Below, one piece after another: positions 1 through 10,426 of a stretch of DNA of 64,000 nt (position 1 is its first letter; the number at the start of each line of letters is the position of its first letter). Location of the stretch: contig BTVV01000017.1 of the NCBI GenBank assembly GCA_045863855.1, positions 1 to 64,000 of the forward strand. The letters are read 5' to 3'. This DNA is from Planctomycetota bacterium (GTDB taxonomy: Bacteria; Planctomycetota; SZUA-567; H5-PLA8). The notes beneath the pieces were generated by a model that searched no databases, was not told where the DNA came from, and was given only the letters and a program-made list of their open reading frames with translations. The position numbers and the translations under genes were made by a program.

Positions 1-360
1 GGTCGAGACGCGTTCTTCGAGCGCTTCGCGCGGGACGCGGGACTCGAGGTCGAGGGCGATTTCGGCGGCTGAGCGTTTGCGCAAGGCGCGGCGGATCAGC
101 CACCAGCCCAGTCCGCAGGAGGCGGCGTAGAGCAGCAGCGCGAGCGCGCGCCGAGAGAAGTCTTCGAGCAGGAGCCAGCGGTCGGCCAGGGCGGCCAGCG
201 TGAACCCGCCGAGCAGGAGCGCTACGGCCCAGCCGATGGCGCGGGTCAGGTGCGTGCGGCGCAACACCTGTGCGAAGCGCGTGAGCCCGCGCGAGAGCGG
301 ATCGGGCAGCGCCAGTTGCGGCGGCTCGTGCGCGGGCGTCGATTCTGGCGACTCGGCCAT
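1..360 (-). CDS. Membrane protein, N-terminal part only (runs off the window); DUF4175-like member of the MoxR/vWA operon
   Basis: Not in the ORF track. ATG at 360 with AAGGA upstream; open frame MAESPESTPAHEPPQLALPDPL..., two hydrophobic segments, then RSAAEIALDLESRVP..EERVST; co-directional with operon. Confidence 0.75.
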   Translation of the reverse strand, partial: MAESPESTPAHEPPQLALPDPLSRGLTRFAQVLRRTHLTRAIGWAVALLLGGFTLAALADRWLLLEDFSRRALALLLYAASCGLGWWLIRRALRKRSAAEIALDLESRVPREALEERVST

Positions 361-430
361 CGGGTATCCTTAATTGCGTTAAAACTACTCCCAGTACCCG
401 CGAGCGCGGCGTTCGTTTAAGCCATTCCTA

Positions 431-3202
431 TCAGGGCAGCCCCAAGCGCTTGCGCCAGATCCATTCGAGCGAGAAGAGCAGGGTGATCAGGAGCAGGATG
501 GGATACGAAGACCAGAGTTCGTAGGACGATTCGACGGTCACGTCCTTGCCTTCGCCGGCAAGCTGTTCGAAGAGTTCGGGGGCCTGGAGGATGTCGAGGT
601 GCCGGCCGCCCCCGGTCTTGGCCATGGCGGCGAGGCGTGCGGTATCGCGGGAGAGTTCGACGCCTTCCTGGCCGGTCACTTCGCGGACGAGGACATTCAG
701 TTCGTGCGCAATGCCGGCAAAGGCGGGCGAGTCGACCTTGACGGAAATCTTGTGCGCTCCGGCGGGCAGGTTGCGCAGCACGCCGCGGTACAGGCCGCTG
801 CCATCGGCGATGGCCTTAAGCTGTACGCGCTGGCGGTGTTCGGGCGTCTCGACTTCGGCCAGAACCACGGCGTTCTCGACGGCGCGCCCTTCGGCATCGA
901 GGGGCCGGGCGAGCACTTCCACGTCTTCGCCGGGCCGAACCTGTCGGCGCGAGAGCGCGGCCTTGAGGCGCGGGCCGCCGGTGAGCCGGTTTCCGGTGCC
1001 CCAGCGGATAGCCTGCGCCCAAAAGACCGCGTGGACGCGGTCGGCGATCTTTTCGCGCCAGCGCCAGGTCTGATCGGTACCGACGTACAAGACGCGCCCG
1101 GCGCCGTAATGATGCAACGCGACGACGACATCGCGGCGCGCGTCGTCGGTGTAGAGCAGCGGGGTCGCGCCGGGTTTGGCGTAGGCGGGGCGGGCGATCC
1201 AAGGCAGTTCGGGGAGCGCCGGCCAGAGTTGTTCGTTGAGTGTCGGGTCGCGCAGGATGCGCACGATCTCGCTGCGGTCGGCGGCGGGATCGAGTTTGAG
1301 GCGGACTTTATCGGGCGCGGCGGCGCTGGTGACCGGCGCGGTGGAATCGGCCGGCGCTTGCTGGCCGACGGGCAGCAATTCGGAGAGCGGCCCGGCGAGG
1401 TAGCTGCGCGGCATGGCTTCGGGACCGGCCAGGAGCACCAGGAAGCCGCCGCGATCGCTGACGTAGCGCGCGAGGCGCTTTTGCGCGGCTTCGTCGAGGC
1501 GTTCGGGCGGGACGTCGCCCAGGATCACCACGTCGTAGGCGTCGAGATCGGCTTCTTTTTCGGGGAGCGCGGCGGGGCGCGAGCCCAGATTCTCGCCCCC
1601 CAGCAGCCACCGTTCGTCGAGCGTCATCTTGCGTTCGCGCCGCAGCAGCGCCGCGACGTAACGCGATTCCCAGCGCGGCAGATGGTCGGCCAGAAGCACT
1701 TTGAGCCGATCGTTGGCGACATCGACCACCGCTTCAGCGGCGTTGTTGGCGGCGAGCGCTTCGCCGGGGAGGGCCTCGAGTTCGGCGTGGAATACGTTGG
1801 GGCCCGCGTGCTTGGCGGGGAACTCGAACGTCTCGTGGCGCCAGCCCTGGCGGTCGAAGACCAGTTCGCGCGTGGCGAGGGTTTCTTCGCCACGGCGCAG
1901 GACGAGTTTGGCTTTCTGGTTTTGGAATCCGGCCACCTTAATGTGCGCGACGAGCCGGACGGTCTCCTCGAGGAAGACCGAACCCGAACCGTCGAGGCGC
2001 GCGACGCACAGATCGGGGGGCGGCTCCTGGCTGCCCACACCGAGCGTGTGCAGCGGGATGCCGCGGGCGGCCAGCGCACGGGCGGCTTCTTCCGGGACGG
2101 GACCGCTGGTGTGGCGGCCGTCGCTGCAAAGCACCACCGCGGCGATGCGGTCTTGCGCGTGGCGTTCGGCGAGGCGCAGCAGCGGCGTGGCGAGATCGGT
2201 CTCGCCCTGCGTGTGCGGCGTGTCCGGCTTTTCTTTCGCGTTCTTCTCATCGGCCGGCGCGTGAAGCTGGCGCAGTTCGCCGTGGAGTTCGTACGTGACC
2301 GTCTCGATCCGGCCGGCCGTTTTGGGCGCCACGTGATGATCCAGGATCGCGGCGGTGAGCGCCTCCCGGTCGAGCCGGGCGAGTTTTTCGAGCGCTTGCT
2401 TGATCTCGTCGCCGCCCTGTTCGGCCAGTGCGCGGTCGAGGCGGTCCTGTTCGCGTTTCGCGGACAAGGCGAGCTTGGCGACGCGCTTGGCGAGTTCGGT
2501 GAGTCGGTTGGCGCGTTCGGAGAGGCGCTGCCGCGCTTCGGGCGATTCGAGGTCGCCGCCGTCGAGTTCGGTCTTTAACGCCGCGGTTTCCTGGAGCGTG
2601 GCTTGCGCTTCGTTGAGTGCGCCGGCGTCGGCTTGAGGGACCGGCTTCCAGAGTTCCAGCGCGGCGGTGAGCTTTTCGGAAGTGGCGCCCAGCGCTCGAG
2701 CGGCGTCGTGGAGGCGGTCGCGCGCCGTTTCGGCCACGCCGGATTGAAGCTGGGGCAGCGCCTGGCGCACCTGGACGGCGGCGGCTTCGGCGTCGGTCTG
2801 CGCGCGCGCGATCCCATCGGCCGCTTGTTCGGCGCGCGTATCGCGCTTGGCGGCGTCGATCAGTCCCAGAGCCACGGCCGCGCGAACGCGCGCTTCGGGC
2901 GGTTCGTGCGCATCGGTGACGTGCATGCTGGGCGAGGCGTCGCGGAGCACCAGCACCAGCGGCGGCTGGTAGCGCGCGAAGACGCGGTGGATCACCGGCT
3001 GCGAGAGCAGCAGCACCAACAGCGCGACCCCGGCGCCGCGCAGACCGCGCAGCAGTTTGCCGCCGGGAACATACGGTTCGGTTTCGTGGCGGTACAGGCG
3101 CACGATGGCCCAGACCAGCGCGCCGGCCAGCGGCAGGACGAGCCACCACGCATGCCCTTTGAAGATCAGCCCCCAAGCTCCGTCGGCGGCCAGCGTAATC
3201 AT
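431..3202 (-). CDS. Membrane-anchored vWA domain + Ig-like + class I GATase-like (DUF1355-like) protein
   Basis: Start moved to ATG 3202 (ATGA overlap with upstream stop); N-terminal TMs, MIDAS DASPS, SDGR, PRWESRY, YDVVILGDV, GAGRV..DQTWRWR, C-terminal TM LEWIWRKR. Confidence 0.85.
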   Translation of the reverse strand: MITLAADGAWGLIFKGHAWWLVLPLAGALVWAIVRLYRHETEPYVPGGKLLRGLRGAGVALLVLLLSQPVIHRVFARYQPPLVLVLRDASPSMHVTDAHEPPEARVRAAVALGLIDAAKRDTRAEQAADGIARAQTDAEAAAVQVRQALPQLQSGVAETARDRLHDAARALGATSEKLTAALELWKPVPQADAGALNEAQATLQETAALKTELDGGDLESPEARQRLSERANRLTELAKRVAKLALSAKREQDRLDRALAEQGGDEIKQALEKLARLDREALTAAILDHHVAPKTAGRIETVTYELHGELRQLHAPADEKNAKEKPDTPHTQGETDLATPLLRLAERHAQDRIAAVVLCSDGRHTSGPVPEEAARALAARGIPLHTLGVGSQEPPPDLCVARLDGSGSVFLEETVRLVAHIKVAGFQNQKAKLVLRRGEETLATRELVFDRQGWRHETFEFPAKHAGPNVFHAELEALPGEALAANNAAEAVVDVANDRLKVLLADHLPRWESRYVAALLRRERKMTLDERWLLGGENLGSRPAALPEKEADLDAYDVVILGDVPPERLDEAAQKRLARYVSDRGGFLVLLAGPEAMPRSYLAGPLSELLPVGQQAPADSTAPVTSAAAPDKVRLKLDPAADRSEIVRILRDPTLNEQLWPALPELPWIARPAYAKPGATPLLYTDDARRDVVVALHHYGAGRVLYVGTDQTWRWREKIADRVHAVFWAQAIRWGTGNRLTGGPRLKAALSRRQVRPGEDVEVLARPLDAEGRAVENAVVLAEVETPEHRQRVQLKAIADGSGLYRGVLRNLPAGAHKISVKVDSPAFAGIAHELNVLVREVTGQEGVELSRDTARLAAMAKTGGGRHLDILQAPELFEQLAGEGKDVTVESSYELWSSYPILLLITLLFSLEWIWRKRLGLP

Positions 3203-5382
3203 GCCCACCTCCGCAGCAGCCAGGTTTCCAGGAAGCACAGCCCCACCGCGAGCGCGAGGAGCCAGGTGCTGATTTCGTAGCCGCCGCCGTCGAGGCCGAT
3301 GGCCGCGGCGAGCGAAGGCCAATCGGCGGCGAAATGCGCGTCGAGGTCGCGCGTTAGACGTTGCGTATCGCCCGGCGCAAGGCGCGCGAGATCGGATTCG
3401 CCGCGTTCGGCGGTGACGGTGTACTGGATGCGTTCGTCGGCGCGCGCGCCTTCGGGCGCAACGACGTACGCGCCGGGTCGTTCGGTGGCGTCGTAGGTGA
3501 AGACGGTGAGCGCGCCCTGGCGGCGGGCGGGGAGTTCGAGCGGATCTTCCTGCGGGCGATAAAGCACGTGCGCGGCCTTGGCGCCTTCGCCGCTGGCGAC
3601 GAAGGAGAGCGACTGGCCCACGCGCAGATTGCGCGGCGGGATTACGGCGGAGGCCAGATCGAGGACGAGGTTCTGCATCAGCGGCACGTAGAACGGATGC
3701 ACCGGCAGATCGGACCATGCGGTATCGAGGGCCGTGGTGAGCAGAAAGACCTTGCCTTCGCCGAGCGTTTTTTGAATCAGGAGCGGATCGCCGTTCTCGT
3801 AAGTCGCCAATACGCGGATGTCTTCGTGCGCGGCAGGTGCGGCGGTCTGGAAATGTTCGAAGACGCGCGCGGCGGTCCAGTCCTGGCCCTTCTCGGGACG
3901 AAACAGATCGAGCGCGGGGGCGTTGGTGACGATGCCGCCCAGGCGCACGAAGTCTCGGCGCGCTCCCGAGGCGCGGACCAATTGCGGCGCGGCCGGTTCG
4001 CCGCGGCGTTGCAGCGCGACAGGCAGGAGGCCGGCGCCGTTGCGGTGCAGATCGCGGTTATACGCTTCGATCTGCACGCGGTCCCCTGGCGCTACGAGCA
4101 GCCCGCCGCCGGCGACGACGAAGCGTTCGAGTTCGCCGACGACGGTGCCCGGGAGCGCGGCGACATTGGCAAGGACTACGACGCGGTATTTAGAAAGTTC
4201 TGCGTAACGCAAATCGGCCAAATCCACGACGGTGGATTCGATCACAGTGCGCCAGGTTGGGTCTTCGTCGTCCTTGGGGCTGAGGGCGAGGCGCAGGAAG
4301 TCGGTCTCGCTGGCCAGCGGTTGCGTGCGGCGGTCGCCGTCGACGAGGAGCACGGGCAGGCGGTCGATGACTACGACGCTATGGAGGAGTTCGTTGTCGT
4401 CGGGCAGTTCGTCGTCGGCGGAGCGGAGCTTGCAGGCGACGAGGTGCGAACCGGGGCGTTCGAATTGATGCGTGAAGGCGAGGGATTCGGTGGCGCCGGG
4501 TCCGAGCCGGACGGTGCGCGTCTCTTTGGGCGCGCCGTTGACCGAAAAGGTGACGGCCACGTCGGCGGCTTCCTCGGGCCCGCCGTTGGCGGCGGTGACG
4601 TTGAAGGTGACGGGCGCGTAAGGATCGACCACGGAACGCGAGGGCGTCAGGCCCGTGAGCGCCAGGTTGGACGGATGTTCCTGGCCGACGGAAGCGACGA
4701 TGAGATGCGGACGGATGCGGCTGCTGCGCGTGAGTCCGGCGAGAAACGACCAGCGCGCGCCGTCTTCCAGCTCCCAGCCGTGGGCCTGTAAGTCGGTGAC
4801 GTAGAGCAATTCGCGCCGCGGGTTGTGGCGGGTTTCGAGATGCTGGAGCGCGGCCGATAATGCGCGCGCGACATCGGTGCGCTCGTGCCGCGGCGCGGCG
4901 GTGCGCACGATCTCCTTGGCGCGTTCGAGATCGAAGAGCGCGGCGGGCGGCGGTCCTTTGCCGGCGGCGCTTCCGAACATCACCGTCACGTCGTCGCCCT
5001 TGCGCAGCGTGTCCAGATAGCGCAGCGCCTGCTCGCGGGCTTCCTGCCAGGCCGTCTTGGCGCGGCCGGCGTTCATGGAGTACGAATCGTCGAGGAGCAG
5101 CACGGCGCTGGTATGTACGTCGGGCGCGCGCGCGTCGCTGTTCATGAGCAAGGCGGGGCGGGTGAGCGCCAGCGCGAGGCTGGCGAGGATGCCCATGCGG
5201 ATCAACATGATGAGCAGATCGCGGAGTTTGATCTGGCGCGCGCGTTCGGCGAGCAATTCTTCCAGGAACATCATCGCGCCCCACTCGTGGGTGATCACGC
5301 GATTGCGCTGGAAAAGGTGGATCAAAACCGGAGCGGAGACCGCGACGAGCCCGCCGATGAGGAGCCAGTTGAGGAAGACCAT
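3199..5382 (-). CDS. BatA N-terminal domain + vWA + CARDB/Ig-like + GATase-like membrane protein
   Basis: MVFLN..PVLIHL..W.AMMFL BatA-like N-terminus, MIDAS DDSYS, VTDLQ, C-terminal TM. Confidence 0.88.
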   Translation of the reverse strand: MVFLNWLLIGGLVAVSAPVLIHLFQRNRVITHEWGAMMFLEELLAERARQIKLRDLLIMLIRMGILASLALALTRPALLMNSDARAPDVHTSAVLLLDDSYSMNAGRAKTAWQEAREQALRYLDTLRKGDDVTVMFGSAAGKGPPPAALFDLERAKEIVRTAAPRHERTDVARALSAALQHLETRHNPRRELLYVTDLQAHGWELEDGARWSFLAGLTRSSRIRPHLIVASVGQEHPSNLALTGLTPSRSVVDPYAPVTFNVTAANGGPEEAADVAVTFSVNGAPKETRTVRLGPGATESLAFTHQFERPGSHLVACKLRSADDELPDDNELLHSVVVIDRLPVLLVDGDRRTQPLASETDFLRLALSPKDDEDPTWRTVIESTVVDLADLRYAELSKYRVVVLANVAALPGTVVGELERFVVAGGGLLVAPGDRVQIEAYNRDLHRNGAGLLPVALQRRGEPAAPQLVRASGARRDFVRLGGIVTNAPALDLFRPEKGQDWTAARVFEHFQTAAPAAHEDIRVLATYENGDPLLIQKTLGEGKVFLLTTALDTAWSDLPVHPFYVPLMQNLVLDLASAVIPPRNLRVGQSLSFVASGEGAKAAHVLYRPQEDPLELPARRQGALTVFTYDATERPGAYVVAPEGARADERIQYTVTAERGESDLARLAPGDTQRLTRDLDAHFAADWPSLAAAIGLDGGGYEISTWLLALAVGLCFLETWLLRRWA

Positions 5383-5385
5383 GCG

Positions 5386-6279
5386 TCAGCGCCCCTGCCG
5401 ATAGGTGAGGTACTGGGCAAGGGCGGCATCGCAAGGCCGGTCGGTGGGAAGGACGACGTAGTCGAAGCGGCAGCGGTGGCAGGCTTCGCGAAGGCGGTCC
5501 TGGAACGCGGCGAAGCGTTCGCGGTAAAGCTTGGCTACGCGCGGGGCGTCGAGGCGCAGGCGCACGCCGGGGCGTTCCAGGCAGCGAAACTCGTACATCT
5601 CGTCGAAGGGGAAGTCTATCTCGCGCGGATCGAGCACCTGCATCAGGATCGCTTCGTGGCGGCGGTGGTGCAAGTGCGCGAGGGCCTGGACGAGGTCTTC
5701 GGTCGGCGCGAAGAAATCGGAGAGGACCACGACGAGCCCGCGGCGGCGGATGCGGCCGGCGAGGTCGTGCAAGATCGGCGCGAGGTTGGTCTCGCGGTCG
5801 GCATTCGTATCGGCCAAGTGTTTGAATACCGTATTGAGATGCCCGCTGGTGGAGCGCGCGGGAATGTGCGTACGGATCCGGTCGTCGAAGGTGACGAGCC
5901 CGACGCCGTCGGACTGGCCGATCATGAGGTACGCGAGCGCCGCGGCGCATTTGCGGGCATAATCGAACTTGGAGCCGCCGCTCCCGGCGTAGCGCATGCT
6001 CCCGCTGGCGTCGAGGCAGATGTGCGCGCGAAGGTTTGTCTCTTCTTCGTATTGTTTGACGAAGAGCCGGTCGCTCTTGCCGAAGACCTTCCAGTCGATG
6101 TGCCGGATTTCGTCGCCGCGGCTGTACTCGCGGTGCTGCGCGAACTCGACCGAGAAGCCCTTGTAGACGCTGCGATGCTGCCCGGAGACGAAGGACTCGA
6201 CCACCGTGCGCGCGACGAGGCGTAGCTTGGAAACTCGTTCCAGCGCCTGCTGATCGACGACTTCGGGCGGCAGCGCCAT
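5386..6279 (-). CDS. DUF58 family protein (MoxR-associated, vWA-like)
   Basis: G.HRS..KGFSVEFAQHREY..GDEIRHIDWK, KQYEEET, DASGSM, LSDF. Confidence 0.95.
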   Translation of the reverse strand: MALPPEVVDQQALERVSKLRLVARTVVESFVSGQHRSVYKGFSVEFAQHREYSRGDEIRHIDWKVFGKSDRLFVKQYEEETNLRAHICLDASGSMRYAGSGGSKFDYARKCAAALAYLMIGQSDGVGLVTFDDRIRTHIPARSTSGHLNTVFKHLADTNADRETNLAPILHDLAGRIRRRGLVVVLSDFFAPTEDLVQALAHLHHRRHEAILMQVLDPREIDFPFDEMYEFRCLERPGVRLRLDAPRVAKLYRERFAAFQDRLREACHRCRFDYVVLPTDRPCDAALAQYLTYRQGR

Positions 6280-6349
6280 AGCTGGTGCGGAACGCCGGGC
6301 GAACGCGCCTTTGAAATGCCGTTCACCGCCGCGGTCCGGCTTCCCCCTT

Positions 6350-7375
<1,026 letters not shown>

Positions 7376-7427
7376 GCGTACATCCTCCGGGCGGTTTCAT
7401 AACGTGCGCGGGTGCGTCCATCTGGAA

Positions 7428-8390
7428 TTACCGTTCAAGGCGGGCGCTGTTGAAGCGAAATACCCCTTTTTGAGGTCCGGCAACTCTCCAGCCGGGGTGG
7501 AGAGGGCTGCGTAAGGGCCGCCCGACCGGACCGTCGTAAAAAACTTCGCCATTGACCAGAACCCGTACGTCCGGGCCCAGGTGCTCCAGCCGCAGCCGGT
7601 AGTAACCCGCACCGCTTTGCGTGACCGGGCGCGATTGCAACAGATTACGTTCAGGCCCGTAAAGCACGAGCCCGTCGCCGGAGAGTTCGAGCAGGAGTGC
7701 GCGTTCGGGGCGCGCGGAGGAACTAAAGGAGCTTTCTGGCCCGTCGGCGCCGTCGGCGAAGAAGACCGAGACGAGCGATCCGGGTTCGAGTTCGGGAGCG
7801 TTCACGTCGAGGTTAAAGGCGAGCGCTTCGTCGCCGCGGATCCCGCGCTTGAGGTATGCCGCCGCGGCTTCGGAGCCGGCGGGGGCATCGAGGCGCGACC
7901 CTTCGGCGTTGCCGACCCAGCTTCCGTCGCCCAAGAAGGTCCAGCCTTCCAACGGCTCACCCTGCAATTTGGTTTCGAATGCCACGCGCCCGCTCAGCGC
8001 CAGGCGCGGTGAGCCGGTCCGCGAACGCGAGGCGTTCCAGAAGACGAAGGCCAGGACGACGGCGCCGAGCAATACGGCCGCGAGCACCTTCCAGAGCGTG
8101 CGGCGGCGGCCGAGGTCGGCGTCCATCAGCACCGTGTCGAAATGAGGCGGCGCGTCGGGAAGCTTGGCGATAACGGCTTGCCGGATTTTGGCGGTCAGTT
8201 CGGGCGAAGGCGCCTGGCGGCGCCAGTCGCGGTGACCGATCAGTTCGCTGACCACTTCGTCGAGTTCGTCGCAGAAGCGCTTTAGGTCCGGATCGCGTCC
8301 GGCGGCGTCGTCGAGGCGGCGCCGCGCGCGCGGATCTTGTCCGGAAAGGGCGCGGACGATCAATTCCTGAAGCGTGGGATCGTGCGCCAT
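7428..8390 (-). CDS. Putative transmembrane anti-sigma factor with extracytoplasmic beta-sandwich domain
   Basis: TGATG overlap with ECF sigma stop; helical N-terminus, single TM (VLAAVLLGAVVLAFVFW), beta-rich C-terminus. Confidence 0.7.
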   Translation of the reverse strand: MAHDPTLQELIVRALSGQDPRARRRLDDAAGRDPDLKRFCDELDEVVSELIGHRDWRRQAPSPELTAKIRQAVIAKLPDAPPHFDTVLMDADLGRRRTLWKVLAAVLLGAVVLAFVFWNASRSRTGSPRLALSGRVAFETKLQGEPLEGWTFLGDGSWVGNAEGSRLDAPAGSEAAAAYLKRGIRGDEALAFNLDVNAPELEPGSLVSVFFADGADGPESSFSSSARPERALLLELSGDGLVLYGPERNLLQSRPVTQSGAGYYRLRLEHLGPDVRVLVNGEVFYDGPVGRPLRSPLHPGWRVAGPQKGVFRFNSARLER

Positions 8391-9088
8391 CAGGGCCGCT
8401 CCTTCAGGCGCTCGCGGAGTTTGCGCAAGCCGTAGTAGACGCGTGAACGCAGGGTGCTTTCCGGATCCCCGGTGATCTGCGCGGCTTCTTCGTACGAGAA
8501 ACCGTCGAAGAGCGTGAGGACGAGGATTTCACGGTGCAGCGGGGGCAGTTCTTCGAGCGCTTTAAGCACCAGCGCCTGCTGTTCGTGCTTCTCGGCACGC
8601 GCGCTTGGGTCGTGGCTTTCGGGCGATGCTTGCGGCGGATTCCAGTCGGAGAGGTCGGTCTGCACTTCCAGTTCGCCGCGGCGGCGGCCATTGCGCAGCG
8701 CATTGAAGGCGGCGTTGCGGGCGATGGTGAAAAGCCACGGCCGGATCGGCGCTCCTTTGCGGAAGTCTTTGGCGTGGGTTAGCACGCGCAGGAAAGTTTC
8801 TTGAAGCAAATCCTCGGGGTCCTGCTTGCCGGCGCTGAGGCGCGCGAGGAAGGAAAGAATTTTCTCGGCATGGCGCGCGTAAAACTCGTCGAAAGCTTCG
8901 CGGTGCCCTTCGACCATGGCGCGAAGCAACACCTCATCGTCGAGGCGCCGCCAGTCGGGCGCGGCTTGGGCCGGGACCGCGCCCGTGGGGACGGCGGCCT
9001 TCCCGGCGGCAGGAATCGCGTCATCGCCCAAGGTCCGCGAGCATCCCTCCAACGGCAAGGCTCCTCGAAAATGCGGAAACGGGAGCAC
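8390..9088 (-). CDS. ECF RNA polymerase sigma-70 factor (start uncertain)
   Basis: EDLLQETFL, WLFTIARN, LPPLHREIL, SYEEAAQITG..STLRSR. Confidence 0.92.
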   Translation of the reverse strand: MLPFPHFRGALPLEGCSRTLGDDAIPAAGKAAVPTGAVPAQAAPDWRRLDDEVLLRAMVEGHREAFDEFYARHAEKILSFLARLSAGKQDPEDLLQETFLRVLTHAKDFRKGAPIRPWLFTIARNAAFNALRNGRRRGELEVQTDLSDWNPPQASPESHDPSARAEKHEQQALVLKALEELPPLHREILVLTLFDGFSYEEAAQITGDPESTLRSRVYYGLRKLRERLKERP

Positions 9089-9214
9089 GGTCCCGATTCT
9101 TCATACTTTACTCATCTTTACGCCAACCGCCAGCCTTGCGCGGAATGCCGTCTTGGCGCGCACGGACGATTCTGATAGGGTTCGGGCATCGCCAGCCCTG
9201 GACATTATGCGCTC

Positions 9215-10246
9215 ATGAATGCGCCGCACGACGACCCGAACTACGATTACCTCGGCGCCGAGTCGATTCGCGAGCGGATCGAGGCGGTGATCGCGGAGAT
9301 CGACGGGGTGCGCCACCGCGCGCACGAGGATATCGAATACATCCATCGGATGCGCGTGGCCAGCCGCCGACTGCGCGCCGCGCTGGATCTGTTCGAAAGT
9401 TCGCTCAAGATGCCCGACTTCAAGAAGTGGTCCAAGCCGATCCGCGGGATCACCCGCGAACTGGGCATGGCGCGCGACGCGGACGTGCAGATCGAGTTCG
9501 TGGAAGCGTTTCTGAAGGAAACACCGGACGATACCTATTCGCAGGGGCTCGAGCGGCTGATCCTCCGGCTTAAGCAGCACCGCGAGGCGCAGCAGCCGCA
9601 CGTGGTCAAGGCGCTGGATAAGCTCGAAAAGAGCAAAGTGCTGGGCGAACTGGAAAAGACGGTGCTGCAGATTCGGGTTCATGCGCAGATGAAGGGTGCG
9701 CGGATCGACGCGCATTCGGTGCGCAAGCGGGCGCGCGACCTGATCGCCGAACGCGTCGCACACGTGCTGGTGTACGAGCCTTACGTCGAGCAGGAAGAGA
9801 AGGGCGCCGAACTGCATCAGATGCGCATCGAGGCCAAGCGTTTGCGCTATGCCCTGGAGATCTTCAACCCGGCATTCGGCGGCGAGCTGAAAGACTATAT
9901 CAAGCAGGCGAAGCAAGTGCAGGAATTGCTGGGCCAGTTGCAGGACTCGGAGGTATGGATTGCGTATCTAGCAAAGTTCGAAGAAGAAGAGCGCGCCAAA
10001 ACGATCGAGTACTTCGGGCACGCGCGTCCGCTGGCACGGGTGATTCCCGGTCTGCACCATTTCTCCCAAGCGCAGCAGGCGCGGCGCAAACAGGTTTATC
10101 TCGAATTCGCGGCTTGCTGGAAGCAGCTTAAGGAGCGCCAAGCGTGGCACGAGTTGCTGGGCCGGCTGGTGGAACTCTCCAAGGGCGAGCTTCCGGAGAC
10201 TGGAGCGCAACCTCCGTCCTCCGCCGAGCAGAGTTCGACGGTTTAA
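9215..10246 (+). CDS. CHAD domain protein (polyphosphate-binding family)
   Basis: IHRMRVASRRLRA, LG.ARDADV, LHQMRIEAKRLRYALE, QELLGQLQD. Confidence 0.92.
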   Translation: MNAPHDDPNYDYLGAESIRERIEAVIAEIDGVRHRAHEDIEYIHRMRVASRRLRAALDLFESSLKMPDFKKWSKPIRGITRELGMARDADVQIEFVEAFLKETPDDTYSQGLERLILRLKQHREAQQPHVVKALDKLEKSKVLGELEKTVLQIRVHAQMKGARIDAHSVRKRARDLIAERVAHVLVYEPYVEQEEKGAELHQMRIEAKRLRYALEIFNPAFGGELKDYIKQAKQVQELLGQLQDSEVWIAYLAKFEEEERAKTIEYFGHARPLARVIPGLHHFSQAQQARRKQVYLEFAACWKQLKERQAWHELLGRLVELSKGELPETGAQPPSSAEQSSTV

Positions 10247-10426
10247 TGCGCGCATCGTCAATTGGCCGTAAAGATGCCGTGAGCTGTCCGTAAGTTCTTG
10301 GGTGGCGGCCCAAAGTTTTCCACATCACCGTGCATTATTGACGGCATACAATGATTCCAAGCGCTCTAAAATACCTGAGCGCGGCCCGGGTGAGGTTCGC
10401 GCGGCATGCCATCAGGCGGCGCACGT

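Noticed and set aside
3203..3718. N-terminal extension of the 1095-aa ORF
   Set aside because: Arg-rich off-frame overlap with the upstream gene; ATGA coupling supports 3202 as the start
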